DNA of 32,392 bases from Octopus sinensis. Its lineage: Eukaryota. Both the position numbers and the translations under genes were made by a program. This document shows positions 1 to 11,771 of the stretch, piece after piece (position 1 is the first letter of the stretch; each line of letters begins with the position of its first letter). The stretch covers positions 1 to 32,392 of the forward strand of contig NW_021832804.1 of NCBI RefSeq assembly GCF_006345805.1, read 5' to 3'. The notes below the pieces were generated by a model, which saw only the letters and a list, made by a program, of their open reading frames with translations, was not told the origin of the DNA and searched no databases.

Positions 1-27
1 CAGAGAAAGTATCGATTATCATTAATG

Positions 28-445
28 CTCTTCAGTCACTGAACTGTGGCCATGCTGGGGCAGGGCTTTCAAAGTTTTAGTCGAATAAACTCGACTTCAT
101 ACTTTTATAAATCTGGTACATTTATTGTCGATCGTTTTCACCGAACCGCCAAGTTATGAGAGCAATAAACAGAGCAACACCGGTTGTCAAGCAGTGGCGG
201 TGAAGAGACAAACACCAAAGACAAAGAACCACATGCGAGCACACACACTCACACAGATTCAAGCATATACATAGATACAAACACATAAAACGACAAGCTG
301 ACGCATATTGACCGTCTACAATATTCACTCACAACGCATGCGTCGAGAAGGGACTGTCATAGAAGATACTTCCTTCCCCAAGGTGTCCTGTAGGATTGAA
401 CGCAAAACCACGTGGGTGCAAAGCAAAATCATTAACCACGTAGCT
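28..445 (-). mobile_element. tRNA-derived SINE, family B (CORE-like body, internal microsatellite), near full length, diverged
   Basis: Reverse complement carries the family-B tail (ccccagcatggccacagt..tgactgaa), the body and a degraded tRNA-like head; it matches other copies in the window (7143, 24050). Confidence 0.8.
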
Positions 446-602
446 ATATGTGTGTGTGTGTTTGTGTGTATGTGTGAGTGTGTGTATCTTTTATCTTTTA
501 TTTATTACTACTTTCAGTCACATGTACATATACGCATGTATATATACACATGTATATATACACATGTATATGGATATATGTATGCATATGACACATATGT
601 AA

Positions 603-603
<1 letters not shown>

Positions 604-673
<70 letters not shown>
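604..673. repeat. (TCTA)n microsatellite within a TA/CA-rich simple-repeat zone (about 450-850)
   Basis: Directly visible tandem tetramer. Confidence 0.95.
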
Positions 674-675
<2 letters not shown>

Positions 676-1319
676 GTCTGTCTGTCTGTTGTCTCTCTGT
701 CTCTCTCTATCTATATAAGATATATACATATAATACTATATATATATACATATATCATATATATATAGATATATAGATATATATATATATTATAGATATA
801 TACATTACATTACATACATGCATACCTATATACATGCATACCTACCTACAGATATCTTTAGGTTGTATCGAACTAGGAATCTGCACATCTAATCAAAGAA
901 AACCAATCTACTTAACCAGCTAATCCGCATTAACATTCAAATTGTCACTTTCAGAACGCAATAACAGAAACATAAATAAAACAATGATATACTTTAAGGA
1001 AAAGACAAATTCCAACACAACGAAGACTTTATTCTTCTCATTATCGTTCGACTTTATTCTCGTGGTTATTGTTGTTACACAGCCCAATATACCTGTTATC
1101 CGTTTTTATATAAATTTGTTTTTCTAATGTGATTTTCTTAAATGCTTTTTATTTGTTTGTTCTTTTTTTTTCAACCAGAAGAAACCTTAAGACTTCCGGT
1201 TAGACAGAATTTTAATCTGTTTTGAATCGTCCGGCAATAGATTCTTCATCGATTTTTCGCTTGGATATTGAAAACAGAAAATTATACATTTTAGCAAACA
1301 AAAAGAAGTGTGATAGCGT

Positions 1320-1585
1320 GTGAGAGAATGTTTATATGTGTATGCGTGTGTATGTATGCATATGTGTCTGTATTATTACATATATATATATATATATCTA
1401 TAGATACATACATACAAACGCATTCATACACACATACAAACACAGACACACATATATATGTGTGTGTGCGTGTGTCTGTGTGTCTGTGTCTGTGTGTGTA
1501 CATATATACTCATTTATGCATACACATTTGAAAACACGTTCATATATCTGGGTATAAACACATGTAGATATATATTGGTTTATAT

Positions 1586-1638
<53 letters not shown>

Positions 1639-1920
1639 TGTGTATATATGTGGTATGCATGCCTGTATATGTTTATATATATATACATATATTAATGCTT
1701 TATATATGATTATATACACAGATGTATTTGTATAACATTCATTCATACTGCCACACACATATACACATATACATACATGCATTATATATATACATATATA
1801 TATATATGTGTATATACATATGTGTGTGTATATATGTGTGTATATATATACACATATGCATATATGTATGTATGTATGTATGTATCTATGTGTGTATATA
1901 TTGGTGTGGTACAATACATA
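1320..1920. repeat. Compound (TA)n/(CA)n/(TG)n/(TATG)n microsatellite region
   Basis: Directly visible; source of the spurious YI/HT/CV-rich ORFs. Confidence 0.95.
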
Positions 1921-2439
1921 ACATCAACGCACGTTTCAATAGAGCCAACCACAGGCAAGTAAATTATTATCATTTTGTATTTAAAATCTTTAATCTATTA
2001 TTTATTTACTATTTTTTTTTACCTGTTTTAATGTCTGTGTTATTATTTGTATTAGATTTGGTTGTTTGTTTTTAGTTTTTCTTTTTTTTGTTATTTCGTT
2101 TGTTCTAATTCTACTAATTCTCTCCTCTACCGTTTCGTCATAGTTTGAAGTGAAATTATCTTTCGCCATTTCGAGAAAATAGACGTTAATTCTTTAAATT
2201 ACACCAGAAAAAAAATAGACATAAAATTTTAGCACTCCAATAATATTATCAATACCACCGCTACCCTCACATCCACTACCACCACCACCACCACCACCAT
2301 CACCACCGCCGCCCCCATCACCACTACTGCCGCCACCACCACAACCACCACCAACAACAACAACTCCATCGCCGCCACCGTCGTTATCAGCATTATCTTC
2401 ATCGTCGTCGTCATCATTATCATCATCATTTTGTTAATT

Positions 2440-2667
2440 ATTCCCACTTGTTTCCGCACAACGCCCGCAATTTTGAGGAGGGAGATGTCAATGACATCGA
2501 CCTTCCCCCACCACGTGCTCTATTCGTACATATTTAATCGTAACCCGATAGGATGAAAGGCTAACTCAACCTGGGTGGGGTGTATTTGAACACTGACCGT
2601 AAAGCCAGAAGTAATACCGACAAGCATTTTGTCCGGTATCGTAAAGATTTTGCCAGCGCACTGCCTT
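2440..2667 (-). mobile_element. tRNA-derived SINE, family A, highly diverged
   Basis: Reverse complement begins caaggcagtgcgctggcaaaatc and contains cctttcatcctatcggg, matching the family-A head and body. Confidence 0.6.
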
Positions 2668-2742
2668 GATAGCAACAACAAAAATATTAGAAAATTAACA
2701 CTTGTAAATCCCACAACGTGAGATATTCAGCAACAGTACTTT

Positions 2743-2913
2743 GTAGTAAAGATTGTTTGCCAACATAACATGGTAGTCCTCGTTTAGGACGAATATAAGG
2801 ACACAGAACATGTCGTATAGCCAGTTGGAGACAATATCTCCTGCGGCTAAATTACAGTAACATTAGTCCTAAACCAAGACTGCCAAATTATGTTGGCAAA
2901 CAAGCTTTACTAC
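2743..2913. mobile_element. Foldback/MITE-like element, copy 1 (centre deleted)
   Basis: About 48-bp terminal inverted repeats (gtagtaaagattgtttgccaacataa...tttaggac / gtcctaaa...ttatgttggcaaacaagctttactac); homologous to 6127-6634. Confidence 0.8.
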
Positions 2914-2949
2914 GACAAAAATATTAATAATGATTTCTTTGATTGATCA

Positions 2950-3540
2950 CAAGGGCCCAAGACATGGAGCACAACAATACACAATGAATAATACACAAAC
3001 AAATTGCATTGCCATTAGACAATTGTATACAGAGTGGTGTGGAATGGATGAAAGATCGGTCAAAGGGCAATGAGGTCGGCAATTACCGACCCATTGCTTC
3101 TCTTTATGGAAAGTGTTAATAGGCATGCTCGCATGGAAAATATATGTTCTTTGCGGAAAACACTCTACTTACCTAGAACAAAAGGGATGCCGAAAAGGAT
3201 CTAAGGGCACCAAGGACCTTCTTGTGATAGACACGGTTGTAATGAAGAACTGAAAACGGTACCAAAAAATTGTGCAAAGTTGTATATGGATAGGTTTTCA
3301 AAAGGCCGCATTCGTGCATTTTGGAAACACTCAGCATGTGCGGAATAGCTGAGCAATGATGAAGAACGACAGGCTTAGTTGGAAAACACGTCTCTTCCTC
3401 AACGACCAGAGCTCAGCCGAGGGGGTCAAATCAAAACAGGTATCGTCCAGGGAGAAACTTGTTCACCTTTATTATTCACCTCTGTAGTCATACGCAAAGT
3501 CAACGCACACTATGAGTTGAGAAAGAATGACCTGTTATTG
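2950..3540 (+). mobile_element. Decayed R4/Dong-like non-LTR retrotransposon, reverse-transcriptase fragment
   Basis: Across frameshifts reads EWMKDRSKGNEVGNYRPIA, EQKGCRKGSKGTKDLLVID, WIGFQKA, IKTGIVQGETCSPLLF, RKVNAHYELRKNDLL. These are RT domain motifs of R4-type elements; the fragment stops just before the catalytic (F/Y)MDD. Confidence 0.85.
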
Positions 3541-4267
<727 letters not shown>

Positions 4268-4590
4268 TCTTCTTCTTCTTCTTCTTCTTCTTCTTCTTCT
4301 CTTCCTCTTTATTGTTGTTGTTGTTGTTTTTCTCTTCTTCTTCTTCTTCTTATTCCTCCTCCTCCTCCTTCTTCTTCTTCGTCGCCTTCTCCTTCTCCCC
4401 CTCCTTCTTATCTTCTTCCTCACCCCACCTCCTCCTCCTCCTCCCCCTCTTCCTCTCCCTTCTCATCATCTCCTTCCTCTCCTCCCCATTCATCGTCCTC
4501 ATGGATATAATGTACTACTTTTTCATTGTCTTATGTTCTCTCTGTCTCTTTCTCTCACTCTCTTTCTCTCACTCTCTTTCTCTCTCTCTC
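4268..4590. repeat. (TCT)n/(TCC)n/(CT)n pyrimidine-rich simple repeats
   Basis: Directly visible. Confidence 0.9.
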
Positions 4591-5100
4591 AAGTCTTAAC
4601 CGTGGGCCTTTAACAGAAAGCACATATCTCAGAAAAATTCTGGAAACCAACCCCGTATCTTTCCTAAAATGAATACACCATTCCAATGAGGACATGTTTT
4701 TGGATCAGTCACGTGTCTGTCTCGATCTCCAGCCGTTGCAAGTGGCACGTTACTTTTTTGTATTTCTTTTTTGTTTTCAATTGAACCTAATTCCCTCGTG
4801 ATAAGTGGTGTGCAATTTTTCTTTGGCCCCAGGACATTCTCACATTTTGATAATTCTACTTTTGAATTCAAATTATTTCGAGGACTTTTCTTTCTGTTTC
4901 TTTAAAACGGCTTTGTCTGAAGGAATTGTAACTTATATTTTATTTATTTTTTGTTGTGTTGAATCATTTATGGTCTGCGATGCTCAGTTATTTTCTCTAC
5001 CCCTGTCCCCCCTCTTTCTCTTTGGATGCGAAAACTATATAGAGTTTCTGGCTTCCTGGGTTCAACTACAGCTGTTTCTGGAATATAGGATCATACCACC
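4590..5100 (-). mobile_element. Decayed R4/Dong-like REL endonuclease fragment
   Basis: Minus strand with frameshifts: ETLYSFRIQ..EHRRP, I*VTIPSDKAVLKKQKEKSSK*, TPLITRELGSI, IQKHVLIG, RIFLRYVL. This follows the order ILWDF-IQ / RPD / IDVAIP-D-KE-EK-KY / VIGALG / GTARILR. Confidence 0.7.
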
Positions 5101-5124
5101 TGACTAGTATTTTTCATTTATTAC

Positions 5125-5335
5125 ATTTTAGTTATTTCAGCTATTAAGACTGCGGCCATGCCGGGGCACCGCATGGGAAAGCTTTTCGGTTGAATGAATC
5201 GACCCCACTACTTATTCTTAATCCTGTTACTTATTCTATCAATCCCTTTGCTGAACCGCTAAGTGACGAGGACGTAAACACACCAGTATCGGTTGTCAAG
5301 GGGTGATGAAGAACAAACATAGACACAAAGACACA
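5125..5335 (-). mobile_element. SINE family B, 3' half (split copy)
   Basis: gactgcggccatgccggggcaccgc tail plus body; the 5' half is at 5921-6060. Confidence 0.8.
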
Positions 5336-5378
5336 TACATACATGCATATATATATAAACATATATATATATGCATAT

Positions 5379-5780
5379 TTCTCTTTACCCCTTAATAGCC
5401 ACTTCCGCTGCCATTCTTTTACCGAACGTCGATACGTTCGCGTTTATTTCTGAATATTTACACTATTATGACTTTAACCTACACGAATTTACACAGAATT
5501 TCACCTAAGAACTTACGGATTAACGTCTATACGATCGGAAATTCGAACTTCTTTTCCCCCTCTTTCTTCTTTTTTTTCATCTCCTTATTCCTTTCTCCTA
5601 TCCTCTATATCGTCGTTTTATTAATCTATACCCTTTTCATTTGTCACTGATGACGGAATGCCCTATACCCTGAGATACCCCAGAAACTGCTGTAAGACTT
5701 TGAATTTTTTCAATAATATGACGTCTATGATTTGAAATATTTGTCTTGCCTTAGTTTTTGTTGTCCTCTTATATATCTGC
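5379..5780 (+). mobile_element. Penelope-like (PLE) terminal-repeat fragment carrying a hammerhead motif
   Basis: Starts right after (TA)n and contains CTGATGA...GAAAC..GTA. PLE assignment is inferred from the known PLE-hammerhead association; boundaries approximate. Confidence 0.55.
5643..5698 (+). ncRNA. Minimal type-I hammerhead ribozyme motif (degenerate helices)
   Basis: Core CUGAUGA 5647-5653, GAAA 5683-5686, helix III ac/gu with ugcu loop, GUA triplet ending 5694, helix I gtc(a)/(a)gac; helix II imperfect. Confidence 0.6.
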
Positions 5781-5920
5781 TACATCGGAAATCTACAATG
5801 GTTCCATAACTCCCGTCTCGGCTATAAAGCACTTACCCATCGTGCCTAGTCATCTAGATCGCCTGTGAACTAAATTGCGCACACACAATACACACATATA
5901 TACATACATATATCTATGTA

Positions 5921-6060
5921 TGCTACGGGCTTCTTTCGCTTTCCGTCTGCCAAATCCACTCACAAGGCTTTGGTCGGCCCGAAACTGTAGTAGAAGACAC
6001 TTGCCCAAGGTGCCACGCATTGGAACTGAACCCAAAACCATGTGGTTGGCAAAGAAGTTT
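5921..6060 (-). mobile_element. SINE family B, 5' half (split copy)
   Basis: Reverse complement: ggttcagttccaatgcgtggcaccttgggcaagtgtcttctactacag (B-box plus CORE-like segment). Confidence 0.8.
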
Positions 6061-6126
6061 TTTTTTTTACAATCAATCAATTACTATTTGTAAATCTCAC
6101 AACGAGAGATATTCAGCAACAGTACT

Positions 6127-6634
6127 TTGGAGTAAAGATTTTTGCCATCATAACATGGCAGTCCTGGTTTAGGACGAATGTTGCTATAGTCATCTCCATC
6201 TGGCTATACGACACGAAGGCGGCGAGCTAGCAGAAACGTTAGCACGCCGGGCGAAATGCTTAGCGATGTTTCGTCTGCTGTTACGTTCTGAGTTCAAATT
6301 CCGCCGAGGTCGACTTTGCCGTCATCCTTTCGGGGTCGATAAATTAAGTACCAGTTACGTACTGGGATCGATATATATATCGACTTAATCCGTTTGTCTG
6401 TCCTTGTTTGTCCTCTCTATGAATAGCCCCTTGTGGGCAATAAAGAAATACGATCTGTGTCTTTATATTTTCGAACAAGCTGAGTTGGGGTGCTAGATTC
6501 CCTTGTTCGAAAATATAAGGACACAGATCATGTCATATAGCCAGCTGGAGACGATGTCTCCTGGGGTTAAACTACAGCAACATTGGTCCTAAACCAAGTC
6601 TGTCATGTTACGTTGGCAGAAACCTTTACTCCAA
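6127..6634. mobile_element. Foldback/MITE-like element, copy 2 (long palindrome, SINE inserted in left arm)
   Basis: Terminal ttggagtaaag/ctttactccaa; central 28-bp arms 6452-6479 and 6502-6529 pair at 27/28. Confidence 0.85.
6216..6450 (+). mobile_element. SINE family A, full length, tail type 1
   Basis: aaggcggcgagctagcagaaacg head, gagttcaaattcc B-box, gcctttcatccttt-like body, tail ...ttgtgggcaataaagaaata. Confidence 0.9.
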
Positions 6635-7142
6635 TCAATGTTCAGTGTAAATTGAGACAAGTCTTATGATACGATTGTTTGAACTCTTTCCGTTCGAACC
6701 TTTTTATGAAGCTACTCTTAAGAGCAATACTTCTCATTCACTCTGAATAGTGATCGTTTTTCCTGGAAACCAGTAAAACCGTGGAATAAGTATCGTTAGT
6801 CACAGATAGGTGCATTCTTCTACATATCTGCATTAATCTCTTCAAATCTTCACTACGTGTTTACTCACACGACAGGGCAGGATTTTTCACATTCTTGGTG
6901 TCTCTCTGTGGAATTATCCATGTAACGGCCTATTTTTCTCCCTTAAACGTTCGCTGACCATTTGGATAATCAGAGAAGCTAATATGTCCTCTCACTTCCC
7001 ATGAATATCTTTATGCACAGTTAACGCTTATCTAGTGTTTCTGCTCTATGTATCCTTATCAGCGTTCGTTCAATTCAATATAGCGAACAATGGCAATTGC
7101 CCACGTACTGGGCGCCTTTATGACATTCTTTGAATTAACTTA

Positions 7143-7564
7143 TGTGCAATCGTGGCTGTGTAGTAAGAAATTTACTTCACAACCACATAGTTCCGAGTTC
7201 AGTCCCACTGTGTGGCCCCTTAGGCAATTGCTTTCTACTATAGCCTCGGACCGACGGTCTTGTTAGTGGATTTAGTAGAAGAAAACTCAAACACTCCTGC
7301 CATGTATGTATATACTTGTATATGTGTGTGTCTGTGTGTGTGTGTGTTTGTGTATGCGTGTATCTTCGCAGCTTTATGTGTCCCTAACCCCGCTTGACAG
7401 CCAATGTTGAAGTGTTTACTTACCCGTAACTTAGCGGTACGGCAAAACGTAACCGATAGAATAAATACTAGGCCTTAAGTAATAAGTATTTGGGTAGATT
7501 CTACAAGGCGATGCCCCAGTATGGCCGCAGTCTAATGACTGAAACACGCAAAAAATAAAAGATA
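7143..7564 (+). mobile_element. SINE family B, full length
   Basis: cgtggctgtgtagtaag A-box, gagttcagtccc B-box, internal (TA/TG)n, tail ccccagtatggccgcagtctaatgactgaaac; it splits the R4 ORF at RKFL|KLN. Confidence 0.9.
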
Positions 7565-7751
7565 CAAAAACTTTCGACTCCCAAACAAGCTTTCATCTTT
7601 CGAAATATATTTTCTCTTTTCTTTAATTTCCTTCCTCATATCATTGAGACGCAAAATGATTTCAAACACGTATCCATCATTATAAGATCCTAACAACAAT
7701 TCCTTCGGTAAGAATATTCCAAAAAATTCGATCTCTGCCTTTCTTTTCATG

Positions 7752-7875
7752 GATATTGTGGGGAGGGGCGGCAGTCGATTAGATTCGCTCCAGTACGCAA
7801 CTGGTACTTAATTTATCGACCCCGAAAGGATGAAAAGCAATATCGACCTATGCATTTCTGCCATCTCGCCGCCTT
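7752..7875 (-). mobile_element. SINE family A, internally deleted, tail type 2
   Basis: Reverse complement: aaggcggcgagatggcagaaa joined to ggtcgatattgcttttcatcctttcggggtcg...cccctcccc; it splits the R4 ORF at CVTF|MKRK. Confidence 0.85.
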
Positions 7876-8117
7876 AAAAGTGACACATATTGATACGCAA
7901 AACGCGGTTCTAGGATTCATATAACACGTCTTTAATGTATTAACAAACGAATTGTTCTCATTTTTCGATAGAGCAAATATCTTTAACTCATCCATGACGG
8001 GTAAATGATTTACAAACGCTGTTCTTCTCCCCAGGTTATCGTCCATGTTGACTTTTCTAAATGTCATTGACACAGATATTAGCGTCATAGGTAGCAACAA
8101 CGGAAAGAAAAGGATTA

Positions 8118-8152
8118 TTACAATAATAATAATGATGATGATGATGATGATG

Positions 8153-8189
<37 letters not shown>

Positions 8190-8214
8190 TGATGATGATA
8201 ATGATAACAATAAA

Positions 8215-8249
<35 letters not shown>

Positions 8250-8320
8250 TAATAATGATAATAATGATAATAATAATAATAATGGTAATAATGATAATAA
8301 TAAAAATAATAATAATGATG

Positions 8321-8374
<54 letters not shown>

Positions 8375-8400
8375 TAATAATAATAATGATGATGATGATG

Positions 8401-8458
<58 letters not shown>
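8118..8458. repeat. (AAT)n/(GAT)n microsatellite
   Basis: Directly visible. Confidence 0.95.
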
Positions 8459-8459
<1 letters not shown>

Positions 8460-8460
<1 letters not shown>

Positions 8461-9020
8461 GCCCTGATGCAGAAACAGGCAGTGGATCTCATGATTTTTG
8501 ATCTTAAGTGATAGGCAGTTTTAACATGTACTTGTTTTGTATAAAAGATGGGTTACAGTAAATATCCTTCTCAATACCACAGATTTGCTTGTCAGTTGTT
8601 TGACCTTAACCAGTTGAGCATGTCCGTTAGTGGTTGACGATATGTGCATCTCTGAACACAAGCGGAAGTAGTGTGGGAGTATCATAGACATGTGTTGAGA
8701 ATTCTTTAGAGTGTGAATAATTCACCTTTGGAAACATTGGTGTTTTGTTCAAAATCCTTAAACAAACTTTATTCAGGGACATTTTATGCGGGATGGACTA
8801 CTTGACCTGTAGAAAATTCTAACCGGGCTCTACTCGGAAGGTCATACGGTTTTTTTATATATATATAAGATCACCATGTCGTGCATATATGGTTGTGATG
8901 TGTGTGCCTGGTGTACCGTTATCAGACGGGTAGTCATGATGGGTATACTGGGCTTCGCATATTTGTACCCCAGTGTCACTTTGATGACAGGCACTGTTCT
9001 CTCACTCAGTAATGATGTAG
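8460..9020 (+). mobile_element. Unclassified interspersed repeat between (AAT)n and a degraded AAT-like tail
   Basis: Complex non-coding block resembling a common octopus repeat (from memory); single copy in this window. Confidence 0.4.
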
Positions 9021-9031
9021 AATGTGATAAT

Positions 9032-9090
<59 letters not shown>

Positions 9091-9124
9091 ATATACATAT
9101 ATGTATATATATATAACTGGGACT

Positions 9125-9436
9125 GGTACGACGAAGAGACTTCCTGTCGATTCGATCGACGGAACAGCCTGCTTCTGAAATTAACATGTAAGTGGCTGAG
9201 TACTTCACAGTCATGTGTGTTCCCTTAACGTAATTCTCAGAGAGATTCAGTGTGACATAGAATGTGATAAGGCTGGTCCCTTTTAATTACAAGTACTCAT
9301 TTTTACCACCTGAGGGCCTTGTAGCAACGTGAAATAAAGTGTCTTGCTCAAGGAAAAAATGCGTCGCTGGGAATTGAACTCATGATCTTACGATCGTATG
9401 CTGAATACCTTAACCACTAAACCACGGACCTTCACA
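9125..9436 (-). mobile_element. tRNA-derived SINE, family C (CORE-like)
   Basis: Reverse complement: gtggtttagtggttaagg (A-box), gagttcaattccc (B-box), ccttgagcaagacactttatttcac; a second fragment is at 11772-11880. Confidence 0.8.
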
Positions 9437-9475
9437 TACACACATACACACAGGCACATACATATATACATACAA

Positions 9476-9511
<36 letters not shown>

Positions 9512-9599
9512 TGTATGTATGTATGTATGTATGTGTGTGTGTATGTATGTATGTATGTATGTATGCATGTATGTATGTATGTGTGTGTGCGTGTGTGTG

Positions 9600-9805
9600 T
9601 TTGTTCTCTACCACCACTAGACAACCGTTGTCGGTGTGTTTATGTCCACGAAAATTAGCGATTCGCCAAAATAGACCGGTGGAATAAGTACTAAGTTTTG
9701 AAAACCTAAATACTGGGATGGATTCATGCGACGAAAAAAATTCTTCAAGATGGAGTTCCAGCATGGCCGCAGTCATGTCTGAAACATATAAAGGTTAAAA
9801 AATGA
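9600..9805 (+). mobile_element. SINE family B, 3' half after (TATG)n
   Basis: gacaaccgttgtcggtgtgtttatg...ccagcatggccgcagtc..tgaaac. Confidence 0.8.
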
Positions 9806-9904
9806 AAGAGTCGGAAGAAAAACCGCAAAGCAGTTTGTCCGACGCTCCAACAATTCTGTCCACTCACTGTCTGTGAAAAGCAATTAGCATGGTAATATAA
9901 TTAA

Positions 9905-10159
9905 CATGCATGTCCTGCTGAGATTTGATGACAACAGGTCGCCTCATATCTCAAGTATATTTCTTAAGATTCTAGCAGAATACAAGAGTGCACGTTTTTG
10001 CCAGTCGACAATTTCAATACTTTTCAAGTTCTTAGAGGCAGTGTGAGTGAGGTGCCAAGTGCAGAAGTTACCACAAGAATAATTATCGGCTTTGTCTTTC
10101 ACAATCTCTTTATCTCTCTGGCTAGGTTCTGATATCTACCAAATTTCTTTGATGTCCAT

Positions 10160-10165
<6 letters not shown>
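9905..10165 (-). mobile_element. R4/Dong-like retrotransposon 3' fragment (endonuclease C-terminus)
   Basis: Minus strand: KKFGRYQNLAREIKRL*, VVTSALG, WQKRALLYSARILRNILEI*. Confidence 0.8.
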
Positions 10166-10192
<27 letters not shown>

Positions 10193-10355
10193 GTTGCTGT
10201 GGCTGTTGTTGTTGTTGTTGATGTTGTTCTTGTTAAGGCGGCGAACTGGATATGATTCTCAGCGTGCCGGATAAAATTATCAAAAACATATTCTCCGGTT
10301 TTTACTTTCTGATTTAGAATACAACCAAGGTTTGTGGATTTATGCATACAATAGA

Positions 10356-10409
<54 letters not shown>

Positions 10410-10411
10410 TA

Positions 10412-10444
<33 letters not shown>

Positions 10445-10507
10445 CTATTGTTTCTGCTGCTTTTGTTTTCAAAATTTGAAACGGGTAATATGATTATTAT
10501 ACACTCA

Positions 10508-10646
10508 TACACGACGGGCTTCTTTCAGTTTCCGTCTACCAAATCCTCTCATAGGGCTTTGGAGACCCCTGCTGAAGATGCCACGCAGTGGGACTGAACC
10601 AAGAACCAAGTTGTTGGGAAGCAAGCTTCTTACCACACAGCTACGC
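10508..10646 (-). mobile_element. SINE family B, 5' part
   Basis: Reverse complement: gcgtagctgtgtggtaagaagcttgcttccc...ggttcagtcccactgcgtggc. Confidence 0.85.
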
Positions 10647-11315
10647 AAAATAATTTTTAAACACAGGAAACCATAATTAAGACAGAATAAACATATTAAT
10701 AAACTATAAAAAAAACAAAAAACAAAAGGAAACGATGAATATAAAGAGAAACAAAATCAAAATGAACAAAATGGCGATGAAAGAGGCAGACATACACACG
10801 GTGTAATAAACTGACACCAAAAGACGCAAATTTGGAAGCCATAAAATAAGGACTGTCCGCACCAACGATACTAACAACAATAAAAAGTATAACAAGAAAG
10901 GAAAATTATATGACATAAAAAAGGACTATCAACAACAACAACAACAAATACAATAACGACAACATGAATAACAATAAGAGCAAAAGGAACGACAACAATA
11001 ACGCCAATGTGGACGACGAAAATGATAAAAGTACGCAAAGCAACTCTTTTAGTCGTTAAAGGTCAAAAGTTTGAGTCCAGTGACGTTAACACCCTGAGGT
11101 ATTTAAAAGAAAAAACAAACTTCTTGGTTTGAGAGCTTTTGTTGCTGCTATTGTAGTTGTTGTTGTTGGTGTTGATGGTGGAGCAGTTAGTTATAGTGAG
11201 GTTGTTGTTTTTTAACCCTAGGTCATCCCTGATCGATCAGACGCTGATCAAAGTTGATCCAAGTGTTAAAATATCGTCTGTTATTTGTTTTTAAATACCT
11301 AAGATGTCCACATAT

Positions 11316-11619
11316 GGAGGCACACGGCCTAGTGGTTAGAGCAGCGGACTCGCGGTCGAAGGATCGCGGGTTCGAATCTCAGACCGAGCGATGAGTGTGT
11401 TTATGAACAAAACACCAAAGCTACACGCGGCTCCGGCAGAAGGTAATGGCGAACTTCTGCTGACACTTTCGCCACAACTTTCTCGCACTCTTTCCTCATG
11501 CATCTTGCAGCATCACCTGCGACGGACCGGTGTCCCGTCCAGGTGGGGAACCTATACGCCAAGGAAGCCGGAAAACCGGCCCTTATGAGCCAGACATGCC
11601 TCGAGAAGGAACAAACAAC
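11316..11619 (+). mobile_element. Young tRNA-derived SINE, family D, with 15-bp target-site duplication
   Basis: Head ggaggcacacggcctagtggttagagcagcggac...gggttcgaatctc with intact A and B boxes; aac-rich tail; TSD aagatgtccacatat at 11301-11315 and 11620-11634. Confidence 0.92.
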
Positions 11620-11771
11620 AAGATGTCCACATATAAGAATATTGTGCGTGACTGGTTCAGATCTTTTCACCATTTTCTCGAGCTTCGGAATCTAGATAGA
11701 AGGAAACGGTACAGAAGCTCGTCGAGTAGATTGCAACTGCTTTAACACACAATGCATCAAGCTTTTTCTCA

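Larger units (their letters stand above)
6088..8110 (-). mobile_element. Decayed R4/Dong-like retrotransposon (RT to endonuclease start), interrupted by a foldback element and SINEs
   Basis: Collinear minus-strand motifs: VNHLPVMDELKIF (about 7980), CVTF|MKRK..GIFLP..GY, SRKFL|KL(N)SKNVIKAPSTWAIAIVRY, RNTR*ALTVHKDIHGK, RPLHG*FHRE, RKEFKQSYHKTCLNLH*, then an LWD-region segment at 6088-6126. Confidence 0.8.

Noticed and set aside
11316-11390. Possible tRNA gene
   Set aside because: The tRNA-like head continues into a 230-bp body and tail and is bounded by a 15-bp TSD, so it is a SINE.
11635-11745. IVRDWFRSF resembling a mariner helix-turn-helix segment
   Set aside because: Only a few residues match; no TIR or further transposase motifs.
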